Below, in pieces: positions 22,514 to 35,360 of a stretch of 41,076 nt of DNA; positions within the stretch are counted from its first letter, which is position 1, and the number at the start of each line of letters is the position of its first letter. The DNA is from Seison nebaliae. Its lineage: Eukaryota. The position numbers and the translations under genes were made by a program. The stretch is taken from contig JALJEE010000267.1 of assembly GCA_023231475.1 (NCBI GenBank), forward strand, positions 1-41,076. Direction: 5' to 3'. A model generated the notes under the pieces. The model saw nothing but the letters and a program-made list of their open reading frames with translations, searched no databases and was not told the DNA's origin.

Positions 22514-23506
22514 ATGATGGAAGCTTTAATTACTGCCTCGTCATTAAAAAGTTTCAGATTAATTATGAATGTTGCCGTTGCTCAGGATGATTTAGATAGA
22601 TTTGTACAAAGCGTGCTAGCAAATTATAACAAGAATCACGTCGGAAGAAATATGGAGCATAACCGTGAGACAATCGATAAGGAGAATACATTCAAGGGCA
22701 AAATTGATATCAAGTTTGAAGATAATAAAATTACATTGAGAAATCGGATGTGGAACTTTATGAATAATAAATATATGAATGAGAATTATAAGAAATTTCA
22801 TTATATCAACACTAATTTTACCCCACATAATCGGTTAGATACTGGAATGTTCGACAAATTACCATTTTTCAACGAAGCCACTAAAATTAAATGTGATCCA
22901 GATTTTGCGTATTTGCCACTTAGATTGAAGATAGTGACACAAAATAAAGAATTATTTATTCCTAATTCACGTAATCACAATTCTATATTGTATTCGATTT
23001 CTGTACCCGTTCACTTCAAAAATGATAAGAGCTATGCTTCATATTTAGTCTCCTCGAAAGGCATGAGAGAGTTTGGAAAGCCTGTACATCAATCAGAATT
23101 ACCTAAACTACAAGTTTTAGTAGTCGCAGCAGTCGGTGTTGATTTATGCGGCAATCAAATCGGTAAAGGTGGTTCATTTAGCGATATGGAATATTGTGTC
23201 TTGCGTGAATATGGTGTGATCACTGATGATACGGTTGTCGTTAGTTTTGTTGATGATAACCAAATTTATAAAGGAATCATTCCTTCTACGAAAATGAACG
23301 AACACGATATAGTTATAGATGTAATTGTTACTCCAACTCAAATAATAAGAACAACACCTAATCGAAAAAAACCTACCGGAATAATTTGGAATAAAATTAG
23401 TCGACGTCAGTATAGACGAATTTATCTTTTACGTAAGTTGAGATTGGAACATCATAATAATGACCGAAATGTCTCACTTTGTGATGAAATTGATTATGAT
23501 AAGTGA
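22514..23506 (+). CDS. MTHFSD: Methenyltetrahydrofolate synthetase domain-containing protein-like, copy 1
   Basis: K..LRNRMWNFM, IKCDPD, ELFIP, GNQIGKGGSFSDMEY, EHDIVIDVIVTPT and KKPTGIIW align with MTHFSD (5-FTHF cyclo-ligase fold). No C-terminal RRM. Confidence 0.85.
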   Translation: MMEALITASSLKSFRLIMNVAVAQDDLDRFVQSVLANYNKNHVGRNMEHNRETIDKENTFKGKIDIKFEDNKITLRNRMWNFMNNKYMNENYKKFHYINTNFTPHNRLDTGMFDKLPFFNEATKIKCDPDFAYLPLRLKIVTQNKELFIPNSRNHNSILYSISVPVHFKNDKSYASYLVSSKGMREFGKPVHQSELPKLQVLVVAAVGVDLCGNQIGKGGSFSDMEYCVLREYGVITDDTVVVSFVDDNQIYKGIIPSTKMNEHDIVIDVIVTPTQIIRTTPNRKKPTGIIWNKISRRQYRRIYLLRKLRLEHHNNDRNVSLCDEIDYDK

Positions 23507-23929
23507 AAAATTTTATGCCAACAAATGATTTGTTATGATGTTAAATTTATATTATAATTGTTAAGTGGTGTAGTACATCTTCTATAATAATGTTTACAAT
23601 AAAAGGTTGATATTCTGTCTATCTTATTTTATTTTAATTCACAATTGTTATGTTTCAAGTTTTTTGTTATTATATTTCTTTTTTTATATTAAAACGCGTA
23701 AGCGTTTATATTTCGACAAAATTCGGTTTTTTTTAAATGCTCATAACTTTCTTCAAATAGCATTATATGCGTGAAGGAGCTGTTTTTATTTTTTTCTCTT
23801 TTTTACTCCTATTTTCTCTATAACAAAACTGTTAGTATTTTTGATTTACAGTTAGATTCATTTATTAGAATGTATGTTTCGGCAGAGAATATTTCACAAT
23901 TTTGAAAAATTCTGATAGATTATAAATGT

Positions 23930-24399
23930 TCATTATTTACTTACTAGCTCTATTTCACAACTGTAATGTTGCTACAGAAAAATTGTAAATTTTTCCTACG
24001 TTCTTCGATCGATTTTATTGGAAACTGTTCGACAGACGACCTTAATAGTCGAACATTTCCTTTGTGCCAAGTACTTGGACGTTGATTCTCCTTTCTTTTA
24101 TTATTTTCAACATTTTCGCTTTTACAAACATCTCCAACCGTCCATCTAGATATCCTCAGTTGGAGCGCAACCTCTCTGATCGAATTACCTTCTTGATAAA
24201 GGTTTAATATATTCTCCTGTCTTTTTTTAGAAAGTTTCTATCTTTGACATTTTAAAAATAATTTGTTTTAAAATTTGTTACTTTTTATAGAACATAACAC
24301 CCTGTAAACCTTATTGTCTGAACATTAATGAGACAAGAATTATTGTATTTGAGTAAATACAAGTGAATTTTCTTATCCGAACATTTATGAAACGCACTG
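23930..24399 (-). mobile_element. Tc1/mariner 5' remnant: left terminal repeat plus transposase HTH region
   Basis: On the minus strand the terminus reads TA|CAGTGCGTTTCATAAATGTTCGGA (TA at 24400-24401). ATG at 24250 is followed by ILNLYQEGNSIREVALQLRISRWTV (HTH), frameshifted. Confidence 0.82.
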
Positions 24400-24661
24400 T
24401 ATCAATTGCATCCTTTAATCAGGTCCCATTCTATTCACTCCTCGTTCTTTTTTTGGGGAAAGTACGAATGAGAATTTCTCAAATTGATTGTATCAAGGTC
24501 TGTCCATCAGTCACCAAACAACGTTTCTCATGGTGCATAACGAAACTAATTATTTAAGTCTCACCAATTTCTTCATTCATTATTCATTATAATGAAGTTT
24601 TATAAAAGTAAGCTTATATTAAATCTATTTAGCGTTGTTGTTTGAGAATAATCAGTTATAA

Positions 24662-25627
24662 ATGAATGTGTTGAATGCTGTTTCCCGAGAAGAGTTAGAT
24701 TCATTTGTGAAGAATGTTATGGATCATTTACAAATCATACGCGATGGAAACAGTTTGGGTGTGAACAATGAATTTAGGCCAACTGGTAGAATTGTTATCC
24801 AACCGAATGATTCGAAAAAAGTGATTCGAAATAAATTATGGAATTATATCAATGGATATATGGTCGATGATCATATTTTTGAAACAAAATTCCATTTAGC
24901 TCATTACCCGGAAAAAATGATTTTGAAAGTGGATAAATTGAGAGAATTCTCATTATTCCAGAATGCCGTGAACATCAAATGTGATCCAGATATTGCATTT
25001 TGTGATACGAGACAGCTGATATTGATGCAAGGGAAAAAGTTATTTGTCCCATTATCCAAAAAAAAAAAAGGTTTATTATATCAACTGGAAATTGCGGAAG
25101 GCGCTGGAAGAACGAGAGGATATTTGAAATATCTTAGTTCTCTCAGTGGAATGAATACTCTGTCGAAATATGTTCCGGATGAGAAGATTCCGAAATTAGA
25201 TATGGTCATTGTTGGATCCATTGGTGTTGATGAGCAAGGAAATCAAATAGGAAAAGGTGGAGGTTTTAGTGATTTGGAATATTGTATTTTACGAGAATAT
25301 AATATAATTGATGAAAGAACGTGTATAGTAGGAATGGTAAATGAAAATCAAATATATGAGGGTTATATATCGCATCATCTAATAACGCCACATGATATCC
25401 TTCTCGATTATATTATTACTCCACAACGAATTATCAAAACGAAACCAATTCGTCCAAAACCTTCAAAAATAATTTGGAATGAAATTAGTCGACAACAAAT
25501 TGGTCGAATGTTTCTTCTCTCCAAACTCAGATTAAAGCATTTCGATGAAGGAAAAGATGTTCGTGCCAAATTCCAACAAACTTTTCCCGATCGTAAAGAT
25601 TTGCTCGCTCTCCAACAAAAAGAATGA
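24662..25627 (+). CDS. MTHFSD: Methenyltetrahydrofolate synthetase domain-containing protein-like, copy 2
   Basis: SKKVIRNKLWNYI, IKCDPD, DMVIVGSIGVDEQGNQIGKGGGFSDLEY, HDILLDYIITPQR and PKPSKIIW; collinear with copy 1. Confidence 0.87.
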   Translation: MNVLNAVSREELDSFVKNVMDHLQIIRDGNSLGVNNEFRPTGRIVIQPNDSKKVIRNKLWNYINGYMVDDHIFETKFHLAHYPEKMILKVDKLREFSLFQNAVNIKCDPDIAFCDTRQLILMQGKKLFVPLSKKKKGLLYQLEIAEGAGRTRGYLKYLSSLSGMNTLSKYVPDEKIPKLDMVIVGSIGVDEQGNQIGKGGGFSDLEYCILREYNIIDERTCIVGMVNENQIYEGYISHHLITPHDILLDYIITPQRIIKTKPIRPKPSKIIWNEISRQQIGRMFLLSKLRLKHFDEGKDVRAKFQQTFPDRKDLLALQQKE

Positions 25628-26546
25628 TTAAATTTCCAATTTTTGCATAATTCTAATTTTGTTATTGTTACAGATTCATTTTAATAATTCAACTTGCTCT
25701 TTATATTGTGATATTTTTCAAATCTTATTCTCCTATTCTATAACTGGTTAAGATCAATTGTTTGTTTTAAATAATGCAAATAAATAAAAACTGATCTTTA
25801 TTTTTTTCCATATATGACATATACAATCAATATGTGGATATGTACACATGTAATGCTCATCATGTCTCATATGATCTTATTTGTTCTATGCTCTCCGTCA
25901 GATTTATTTACCGATTACGCCAAAGACTATTAGGAATAGTTTGTTTCATTACAACAAAAATGGGGAAGAAATTCTACTAAATTTAATTCATTTAAACTAC
26001 TTGATAAAAATTAATGGAAATGTTTTAGTTTAATTTATTAAAATTAGTTACACATACTGGAATGTTGAATTGTACTAGACGTATGACGTATGAAATTTAA
26101 TTGAATAAAATAAAAACATTTTGGATTGATGTTAGTAACGTTGGTAGAGAGAATTGTGGGAAGTATAATTATTTTCTTTTTTTTTGTATGTTACTCAATC
26201 ATCTAATGGATGAGAGAGAATAGTAGGAATATGTATTTCCTTAAGTTGGACTTCCCTCTTTTATAAAATAGCACGCTGCTAAACAAGACGAAAGGACAAA
26301 ATGGAAAAATATTGGATTGTTGTTAATTTGGTAACCTTAGATTCAGTTTAGACAAATAATATCCTTGAGTGGAAACGGTGCTAGCGACGACGACAACAAC
26401 AAAATTAGAGAAACAAGAATAATAATACAGAATATAAAACAAATAACTTTCTGACAGTTTCGACAAAATACTTAAATGGATCAATTGGAATCATATGACA
26501 AGAATAGTTAATAATTTTTCAAAAAAAGAGTATATGTCGTAAAGAA

Positions 26547-29500
26547 ATGGCGTCTGATGAAAATGAGAATCAGGACAAACAGGATAAATATTCGTCCCAT
26601 GATAATATTTCACTAAAATTGATAGAAATGAATAACCATCGAATTAGTTCAGCTGAAGCTGTACTACAAACACATCCATGTTATGACACGAGTCTCTTCA
26701 ATGATTACGAACGAGGAACTACATCGCTAAATAAATGGAAATCAACATTTCTTTCACATCTTCAGAATGAACCTGAACAAAATTCAAAAAATGACGAAAT
26801 TGTTGCTCGTGCGATCGAATTACTCAAGAAAGAACAGAGAACATCAGGAAGAGTCTCAAAAAAATTGACATTAGCTGCGAGAGAGTTTACCGATCTCGCT
26901 TATTATCTTCAACCAACGAATGAAATAAAAAAAGTTTCTTTTATTGTTCTTTTAACAAATGAATCATGAGAACAATTAAGAAATCTCGGCCACGTCGATT
27001 GACCATTACTGACGTATCAAATTTAACCGTGAACGATACAGCGCTCTTAAAAATGTTGAAGAATGGAGTAGGAGTGAATGTTAATGAAATTTTACGGGAT
27101 AAAGTTAGCGGAACACCTTCAATTAATTTTATGATAAAAAGCGATTAATTAAAAGAAATAAACTTCTTTTGGTGAGGTAAAATGATTCCCTTAACAGAAT
27201 TTAATGAACATAAATCAAAATATTACTATTATTTGCAGATCGAAGAACAAATCAATCTAGACACTTTGGACAATATTAAAGAAGCTTTCATTGAAGCTGA
27301 TACGGATGGATCTGGTTCTTTAGATATCGATGAATTTCGTACCATATTTCGAGATGCTCTTGGAATCAGTATCAAACATGATGATGCAATTAGCGCCTTA
27401 TTTAATAAAATCGATTATTCGCTAGATGGGGAAGTATCTTGGGATGAATTTTGTACTTATATGCAATTGGAGTTTGCGGAAAAAGCGGAAATTATTCATC
27501 GAGCAAAAGCTGTTAGTATTTCCTAATATTCTATTAATGATTGACTAATTTTTATATAATATATATAATAATATATTTTAAGGTGAACTTTAATTTGCCT
27601 GCTTCGAATTACCATTCGCCTCATTTCCGTTCAACAATTGTCAATGTTATGATTACTTTGGACAACAACACTGTGCTAACTATGTCAAGTGTTAGTTCGT
27701 CATTTTCATCATTTCTCACTTAAAAGGCAATGTTTTAAATGTCTAAATTCATTTTTTATGTTGCGGATTTAAAGTAATTAAATTATTTAAATCCACTGAA
27801 TTCTCATAAGAATTTGTTATTAAATTTTGTTTTAGGATGGTGCGGTAGCATTTTGGAGTTTACAAGGTGAACTAAAAAAGGTTAAGCATGTAAACCAAAT
27901 GATGAAGGCAAGAAATAAATGGATTTCCTCATGTTTTTTATTGAACGAGTATAATAAATTGGTAGTGGGAACTGGGTTTGTATTATTAAATTAATCTTAA
28001 TGAAATTCTCTATTTTAATTTTGAAGAGATCGGGAAATTCAATTTTGGGATTTATCTTCCTTTGAACCTTCTTGTCAAATTAATTCTATGGATAGTATAG
28101 CCATCTCATTTGCTTATAAATGGTTCGCAATTTTTTGACCAATGATCAATAATATCCGAATATCTTTGCTAGTAATTTCTCTAATGAAGAAGTCACAATA
28201 TTTTATGGTGATACGTATGGTTGTGTTAATGTGATTCTTGTAAGAAATGTGGGAGAAAATTTGAGGTTATTGTAATAAAATAAATAAATTACCATCGGAA
28301 TAATTTTTAGAGTATGGAAGAAATTGAGCAAGATTGATGGGATTCCAAGTGTTACGTTAGAAACGATAATCTCATCAAAATATCGTTGTGAATATTTACG
28401 ATGGTTCGTTCATAAAGATTTGGTAGAAATGATCAAATATGATAAATTGGCCAATAAAATAATTTCATGTTCAAATGATACAAAATCGTCATTAGTTATA
28501 GGTGTCTAACAGAATTATTCTATTTATTTTTATAATAATTTAATTTGGAAAGGTTGTATTTATCCGTCGACGGATTTGGATCAAAAGAATAAGTTAAATG
28601 TAAAGAAAGATAGAAGGTTAAAGACAAATGAGAATAAATCGTTAGGTGATGTACCTCCAGCTACCACAGTACCAAAACAAAGGAATCGCCATAACAGATA
28701 TGACAGTATTTCTACGGCACCAGCTGGCAGCATTCGAACTCAGAAGTTGAATAAAATTCCTGCCAATGAACTTCCACAAAATATGTCGATTAATCTCCAA
28801 ATTGTCATACCAAAAATACGACATTCCAGAGATCAATTGATATTCAGCGTTGACAAAGGTGTCAAATGTTTCGATATTTGTCGGGAGAAAAGTCTTTTAT
28901 TTACCGGGGGAAAAGATCGAATTATTCGCGTGTGGAATCCATACATCTCAGCAAAGCCAATTGCACATTTAAAAGGTCATGACAATCCTATCGGCTATCT
29001 CCATATTTGTGTGGAAGACGAACGTTTATTTAGTGTTTCTTCTGACCGATTAATTATGGTTCGAATCATTAATTCATAATTATTGTTGTAATTATTGAAA
29101 GGTTTGGGATATGATCGATCATAATAAATTGGAAAGTATGAGTTTAAGAAATTCCACAACGAAAAGTACAAACTTATTGAAATCAGATGGAGATATGCAA
29201 GGATGTATTTATTGCTCATCTAATAAATCGATTTTCGTTTGTTCTGATCGAATAAGCATTGTTCATCTTCAATCAAAGTTTCTATTTCGCAATAATATGA
29301 TAAATGAAAATATTCTCAAAGAACTCCTGTTCGCTCAGATATCGTTGTATCACATCAAGAACGTATAACTTGTTGCCAATATAATTCGGCGTCGAATCAA
29401 CTAGTATCAGCATCTGATAATTCAGTTAGAATTGCTATTTTCCCAATATATATAAATATATTCAGACTATCAAATTGTGGGATATCGAAACAGGATCATT

Positions 29501-31136
29501 AATTTTCGAATTTACCAATGCCCATAATCAAAAACCAATAACGGCATTGTGTTTCGATCCGACAGGTCGACGTTTAGCTACTTCCAGTATTAATGGACGT
29601 ACTCATCTATGGAATTTTAATAATGGACACAGATTAAAAGTATTAAAAGGTCGAACAGCTAAAGAAGTGACTGATATAACATTTGCGACAATTAATAAAA
29701 ATAGATTTTGTTTAACTGTCGGTTGGGATCGTCATATCAATGTCTTCCATGATGATACCGATGATATTCATCATTATGTTGAAGCAAATAATTTATGGGT
29801 TGACGATAAGAAGAATGGTCACAAAGAAGATATTTTATGTTCTATCTTTGCTCCACCCAATTTTGTAGGAACCTCTTGCTACGATGGTGAAATTATTGTT
29901 TGGAACATGATTTCCGGTCATATTTTTTGTCGTATAACGCCTCATCGTAAAGTGAAAAGTAGTGAAATAAATTTGGATACGGATTACGGAGTAAACAAAA
30001 TTCTTTTCATCAATGCATATATTCACAATAAAGATTTGCCTAATCTAATATCAAATGGACCACATGGTCAAATACATTTTTGGACGATATTTAATGGTGG
30101 ACAATTATTGAGCAAATTTAATGCAGTTAATATTGTTATTGATTAATAATTTGTCACAAGATTTGTTTGTAAGAGAATTGATGAGAATATTAGTATCATA
30201 CATATGGTTTGTAATGAAGGTTTTGATCGGATGTTTCTAGCTGATAATCTCGGCCACGTTTATCAATGGAACATTAGCGACCATTTAAGGGAAAGAAAAT
30301 TCCATAAAAATGATATGGCTAAACGTTTTCTTATTTTTTTCTATTAAAACAATTCTCATAATTTTCATTTTTAACAGTAATAGTCAAATGGAGGGCACAT
30401 ACTGAAACAATCGTTGGATTGGAATGGATCGAAGAGGCTGAGGCAATTGTCACAGCATCAATTGATTCAACTATTCGTATCTGGTCTCATATTGGAGAAT
30501 ATATTGGTTTTTTTATAATATTCTTATTTTTGAAGAAAATATTTTGAAAATTTTTAGGAACATTCGGACAATTACAACCATGGAATTTATTCGACAAGAA
30601 AACTTGGTCTCATCCATTCGTTCCTTTCGACATTTTAACATTTCATGATGAATCTGATATTCGAGAAGATTTAAGGCGTGAAAAATTTACGACTTTCGAC
30701 ATCCTTCAACAAGAGGAGAATAATCCTATTAACCTTGATGATATATTCTCCTCATCTGACGAAGTGGAAGAAGAAAATAAAAATGAAAATATTAAAATGG
30801 AAAATAAAATAATCGATCGTCGTGAGTCGATAAAAACGGTAAAATTACCCAAAATTGAAACGAATCGAACGAATGAAACACAAGATATTGAAGAAGTACT
30901 AAAATCAAGAACTTACCTCCAAGGAACAGGAAAACGGTTTTATTTAAACATTTCATAATAAGTTAAAAAATTTTTTAAAAAATAGTCTACGTTTCGAGAA
31001 AAGAGGAAAGGTTGTATCAGATAACGATCGATTGAATTATTACAGGAATCTCAATTGCGTTAACTTGGAGGACGAACCAGAAATTCCATCAAAACCGATT
31101 TTACCTCTGATTAATGTTCGTTTTGATGAGTTTTAA
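26547..31136 (+). CDS. WDR49: EF-hand plus WD40 repeat protein (WDR49/CFAP337/WDY-like), 16 exons, ~1221 aa
   Basis: Introns at 26934-26980, 27104-27238, 27512-27582, 27691-27835, 27976-28026, 28123-28172, 28266-28310, 28502-28552, 29059-29101, 29278-29321, 29425-29465, 30126-30173, 30325-30377, 30507-30557 and 30937-30985 give one open frame. EF-hands DTDGSGSLDIDEF and KIDYSLDGEVSWDEFCTYM; WD repeats (RVWNPY, GHKEDIL, WRAH, YIGTFGQ). Confidence 0.85.
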
Positions 31137-31489
31137 TAAAAATATTTAAATCCTTTCCATAAAATTCGTAAAGAATCGAAAAATGACCTGAAGTTTGAGA
31201 GAGGGACAAAATTTAGTTTCAAAAATATATAATTTATTTGAATTTGAAATAAAAATCAATATATTAGGAGTTTTACAGGAAAGAAAGAATTGAACATATA
31301 TATATTGTTCCTTGGATAACAATGATGATCTGTGATCCGATACAAGTATTAATGATCATCGAATAGAAATCCAATAAAGTTCATCATAAAAATTTGTTGT
31401 TTCTTTTTGAAAATGAAGGAAAATGTTTCATAGGAAACAGGTGGAAAATATAAACTTTCTTTTATTCTTTCCATTTCCATTTTAAAGGA

Positions 31490-32840
31490 TCAGCAATTCG
31501 TACTCGACGGTTCAATATCGTTTAATATCAATTTTGTTGATTGAGCATCGTTGGGTGTGGAATGCTCATGGAAATTGTTGAGAAATGTTTCACTTCTATT
31601 CTCATCTTTAACATCATAATCTGTAGACGTTTCACTTAATTTGATGTGATCGATTGGTAAGTCATAGTTATCGTGTCTTATTTGTATTTCGATTTCTTCA
31701 TGATCCAGACTATTTCCATTTAACTCAAATTTTTCTGAAACATTTTCATTTATTTCCATTTCCACTTCATTTATAACTTCATTTATAACTTCCCCATTCC
31801 GATCATGTTCAATTATTTGTTTCTCATTTATTTGTTCTTCAATTTCATTCTTAACTTCTTGATCCATACTTTCTTCATAATGGTTAACACCATTCTTCAA
31901 AATATGAGATTCTCCATTTAAATTATTGCACTTGGTATCCGGTGAGATATTCGTTGTAGTTACTTGTGAAAGGGAAAAATTATGTGTCGATGTATTTGTC
32001 GCGACATTAGTCATTTCTGTATCCAAATCACTTATAATATATTTTTGTTTCTCAGGAATATTTATCATTTCCGCTATAATTCTTCTCAATTCATCATTTT
32101 GTTCAGTTAACTTATCTATATGTTTCGCTGCTTGTTCATATCGCTTTTCAGCCAATTCGTCTGCATTTCTTGCACTTACTATAACCTTTATTGCTTCAGC
32201 ATATTTCTCCTTGAAAGTTGAAAAAAAAAGAGTTTCATTCAAAAATTAATTTAACTTCATTTGATTGTTTCTCTAATAATAATTGATGTTCAAGAGACTT
32301 GATTCGTTGGGACATTTTCTTCATAATTGTAACATTTTGGTACGATCTTTCCATATATTTCTCCATCACCAAATTCGCCATATTTTCCATTTGTTCTAAT
32401 GAAATTTTTAACGATTCATTTTCAACTGCCAACTTCTTTTTAATTTGAGTCTCCTCACGAATATGTTTCATGATCCTTTCTTTGTCGTTACTGTGGAAAT
32501 CTCTATACAATGTTGACTGGAAGAATTGGACGGCACCATTATCGTCGTCAATCGCATTTAAAATTAATTCCATTCTATCGATTTGCGATAATTTCTTATC
32601 TTTCTCATTCTTCGATTGGTCGACATGTTCTCCCATTTTTACAGCAATCAATGGCAATTCTTTTGTCTCAGTTGACGATTTTTCACAAGTTTTTTCCTCA
32701 TCCAATTTTGGTGATATTAATAATCGTTCATAATTATATTTCTTCATCTTCCCCATCATCTCATCGATTGAACTATTCGCCGAACGAATATGATCCGTCA
32801 TCTGTGTGACCACATTCACCATCGAGTCTAATTTGATCAT
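31490..32840 (-). CDS. FGFR1OP2: SIKE/FGFR1OP2-family coiled-coil protein (STRIPAK-associated), 2 exons, ~434 aa
   Basis: Exons 32840-32256 and 32209-31490 (46-nt intron). IREETQIKKKLAVENESLKISLEQMENMANLVMEKY parallels FGFR1OP2 [48 protein letters not shown] parallels LEQENKGLREIL. Long acidic tail. Confidence 0.72.
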
Positions 32841-33582
32841 TTTCTCTAATGAATTTGAAGATATTTCTTTTTATCTTCTTCAAATGAATTACAGACAAAT
32901 ATATGTTGAACTGGAACAAATTGTATCAAACAAAAGAAGAACTACAATTGATTTTTTTAACAAAAAAAAAATGTTATTCTTTCACTTTATGAAAAATGTA
33001 GGATAACCGATTAAACTTTCTGATTAAAGAGATATTTTTTCCTTTATATTTATGCGTCTCCTATATTTGTTGCTCTCTAATTATCAGCGAGCTATCCAAA
33101 TGTTCATCAAATTTTCTAGAAGTATTTCAACTTCAACTATCAAATGTTAAGCTCTACAAGAAAATTTCGTTATTTCTTTAATCAATCGTCAATCTCTTAT
33201 TGAAAAGGTGAAGATATACATAGAGAACACAATAATTTCTTTTTATGAATTAAAATTGTGGAAATAATTGACATTTCCATACAACATAGATTATTTTACT
33301 TTATCCAGTACAACTTATCCTTACAATATATCCATCAATAATGATTCTTATGAGAAAATGAATTTTTAACAAATAAAAATGTTGATGAAGAACTTTTGAA
33401 ATAGAATGTTTAATGAATTTCATTATACGTGAAAAACTAAAAAATAAGCATTACCTAAATAGAGAGAGAGAGAGGAGTAGTTAGATTAGTTGGAAGATTA
33501 GAAAGAGGAGAGAAAGAGAGGATATTGAACAATTTGAAATTTATTGAATGAGACATAAATTGCATCTAGTTGAGAATGGCAC

Positions 33583-35061
33583 TTACGTTTTCCTTTTACC
33601 AGATACAATCCAATTATTCGGATAAAACTTTCGATTAGCCAATAACTTAGCGAAATATTCTGATTCTGTTGTCGTATCATTTTTATCAGATAGTGTCGTT
33701 GGTGTTTCCTGAACTGTACTAACAGGATGTTCCATCTCTTTCATAATCTTTGGTGTATCTGGCATAAATAATTCATCGGCATGAAATGAAATGGAATTGG
33801 TATGTCTTAATCGTAATACACCGTTATTTTTATCTCTTAATTCTCTCTTTTGTCCATCTACCATATTCTTCTTGATCGCTTCTAATGTATCGAAAGATTT
33901 AGTAAATGTTATTGAGTGATCACTTTGACCTCCATAGGCGAAATCCTTTGGGATCATTGATTGTTTCATAGATGATTCCGAAAATTTTGTACATTTATTT
34001 TTCGATTTAGTACGTGACCTTTCCATAGATTGTAACTGTGGGCATGGATTGGGAATTTCCAATGGATTCTTACTACACAAATCTCGAGGAGATGTATTCT
34101 TGCAACATCTCTCTGATGGACATTGTTTTTTCGCATACTGTTTTGGTGGACATTCCTTCGGTTCACAAAAGGTCAAAGGACATTGTTTCCTTGTACACGG
34201 ATCTGTACAGCATAAAGTCTCATCAGTATTATTTTGATGCATCTTACTAATGTAGACATAAGTTTCATCTTTCGACGTTTCGTTCACACCCAATTCCATA
34301 TTATCCTTCCAATTCTTCAGTTCTCTTCCCCATTGATATGGAGTTTTCGTTTCTGAACTAAAATTATCGTCCGGAGATTCCGTTCGTACGACGCAACAGT
34401 TCTTATTATTCATTAGTTGTTTTTCACATGAATTGGGTGGTCGAGTTGATCGACAACCATTATGTGAATATTGTTGAAGTTTTGGAGGACAACATATTCG
34501 AGGAACATCATGATTGAGACATGAATTGGGTAATTTTTCAGGTGAATCACATCCGATCGAATACCCAATTACTCCTTTCGCTTCAGTACCATATACGGTT
34601 GGATTGTTAACACTAAATGGATTAGGAATAGTAGTATTTCCAGCCATTGTAGGACTACAATAATCAGATTTTGGAAGATTCCTTCCTAATTTTTCACAAC
34701 GGGAATCATGCTTCTCAGGAGTACAAACAATCATATCTTCAATTTTTTTCAGTTTCCGCTTAATAGCGTCAATCATTTCATTATTCATTTCATTCGATGT
34801 GAAATTACTTTTTATTTCACATTCTCTACAACATTCAAGTTCTATTCGGTCCGAGTTCAAATAACATTTACATATTCTACAAGTCGTTGGTTTCCCACCC
34901 GATTTCCTTTCCCCACATTTCTTCTTTTCTCTCAATGCCAATTTATTACTCTCATCAACGCATAATACTATGAAATGAACAATATGGCCGATTAACAGAA
35001 GTAAACATTTAAAAGGAAAAATAATAAGAAAGTGAAAAAAATATTCGATATTCTGCTTCAT
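33583..35061 (-). CDS. Orphan 492-aa cysteine/proline-rich protein with an N-terminal hydrophobic segment
   Basis: Long intronless ORF; hydrophobic residues ~7-35, a CxxC...CxxC cluster and CP/CC-rich quasi-repeats. No family recognised. Confidence 0.75.
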   Translation of the reverse strand: MKQNIEYFFHFLIIFPFKCLLLLIGHIVHFIVLCVDESNKLALREKKKCGERKSGGKPTTCRICKCYLNSDRIELECCRECEIKSNFTSNEMNNEMIDAIKRKLKKIEDMIVCTPEKHDSRCEKLGRNLPKSDYCSPTMAGNTTIPNPFSVNNPTVYGTEAKGVIGYSIGCDSPEKLPNSCLNHDVPRICCPPKLQQYSHNGCRSTRPPNSCEKQLMNNKNCCVVRTESPDDNFSSETKTPYQWGRELKNWKDNMELGVNETSKDETYVYISKMHQNNTDETLCCTDPCTRKQCPLTFCEPKECPPKQYAKKQCPSERCCKNTSPRDLCSKNPLEIPNPCPQLQSMERSRTKSKNKCTKFSESSMKQSMIPKDFAYGGQSDHSITFTKSFDTLEAIKKNMVDGQKRELRDKNNGVLRLRHTNSISFHADELFMPDTPKIMKEMEHPVSTVQETPTTLSDKNDTTTESEYFAKLLANRKFYPNNWIVSGKRKT

Positions 35062-35360
35062 TGGAAATCAACTTTCAACCTTCAATTTTCTACATTTTCA
35101 TATTTTAAATCAATTTTCATTTGCTATATTTCTCTGTTTGAATAAAATTAACGATTTTTTAAATAAATAAATTTTTTTCAGAATATAAATAAAGAACATA
35201 TAAAACTCTCATTTCTCGACCGTTTAACAATAATTTATTTAAAAAATCTCAATTTTTAAAATTTTATTACTCTTTAATATATTCTTATTGAATATTAACT
35301 AATAAAAATTTATGTAATATTATCTTCTAATTATTACGATCCATAACATTATTCATTTGT

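Noticed and set aside
26371..26388. RFX X-box upstream of the cilia-associated WDR49-like gene
   Set aside because: GGTGCTAGCGAC is only a partial match to the consensus and cannot be supported without conservation data.
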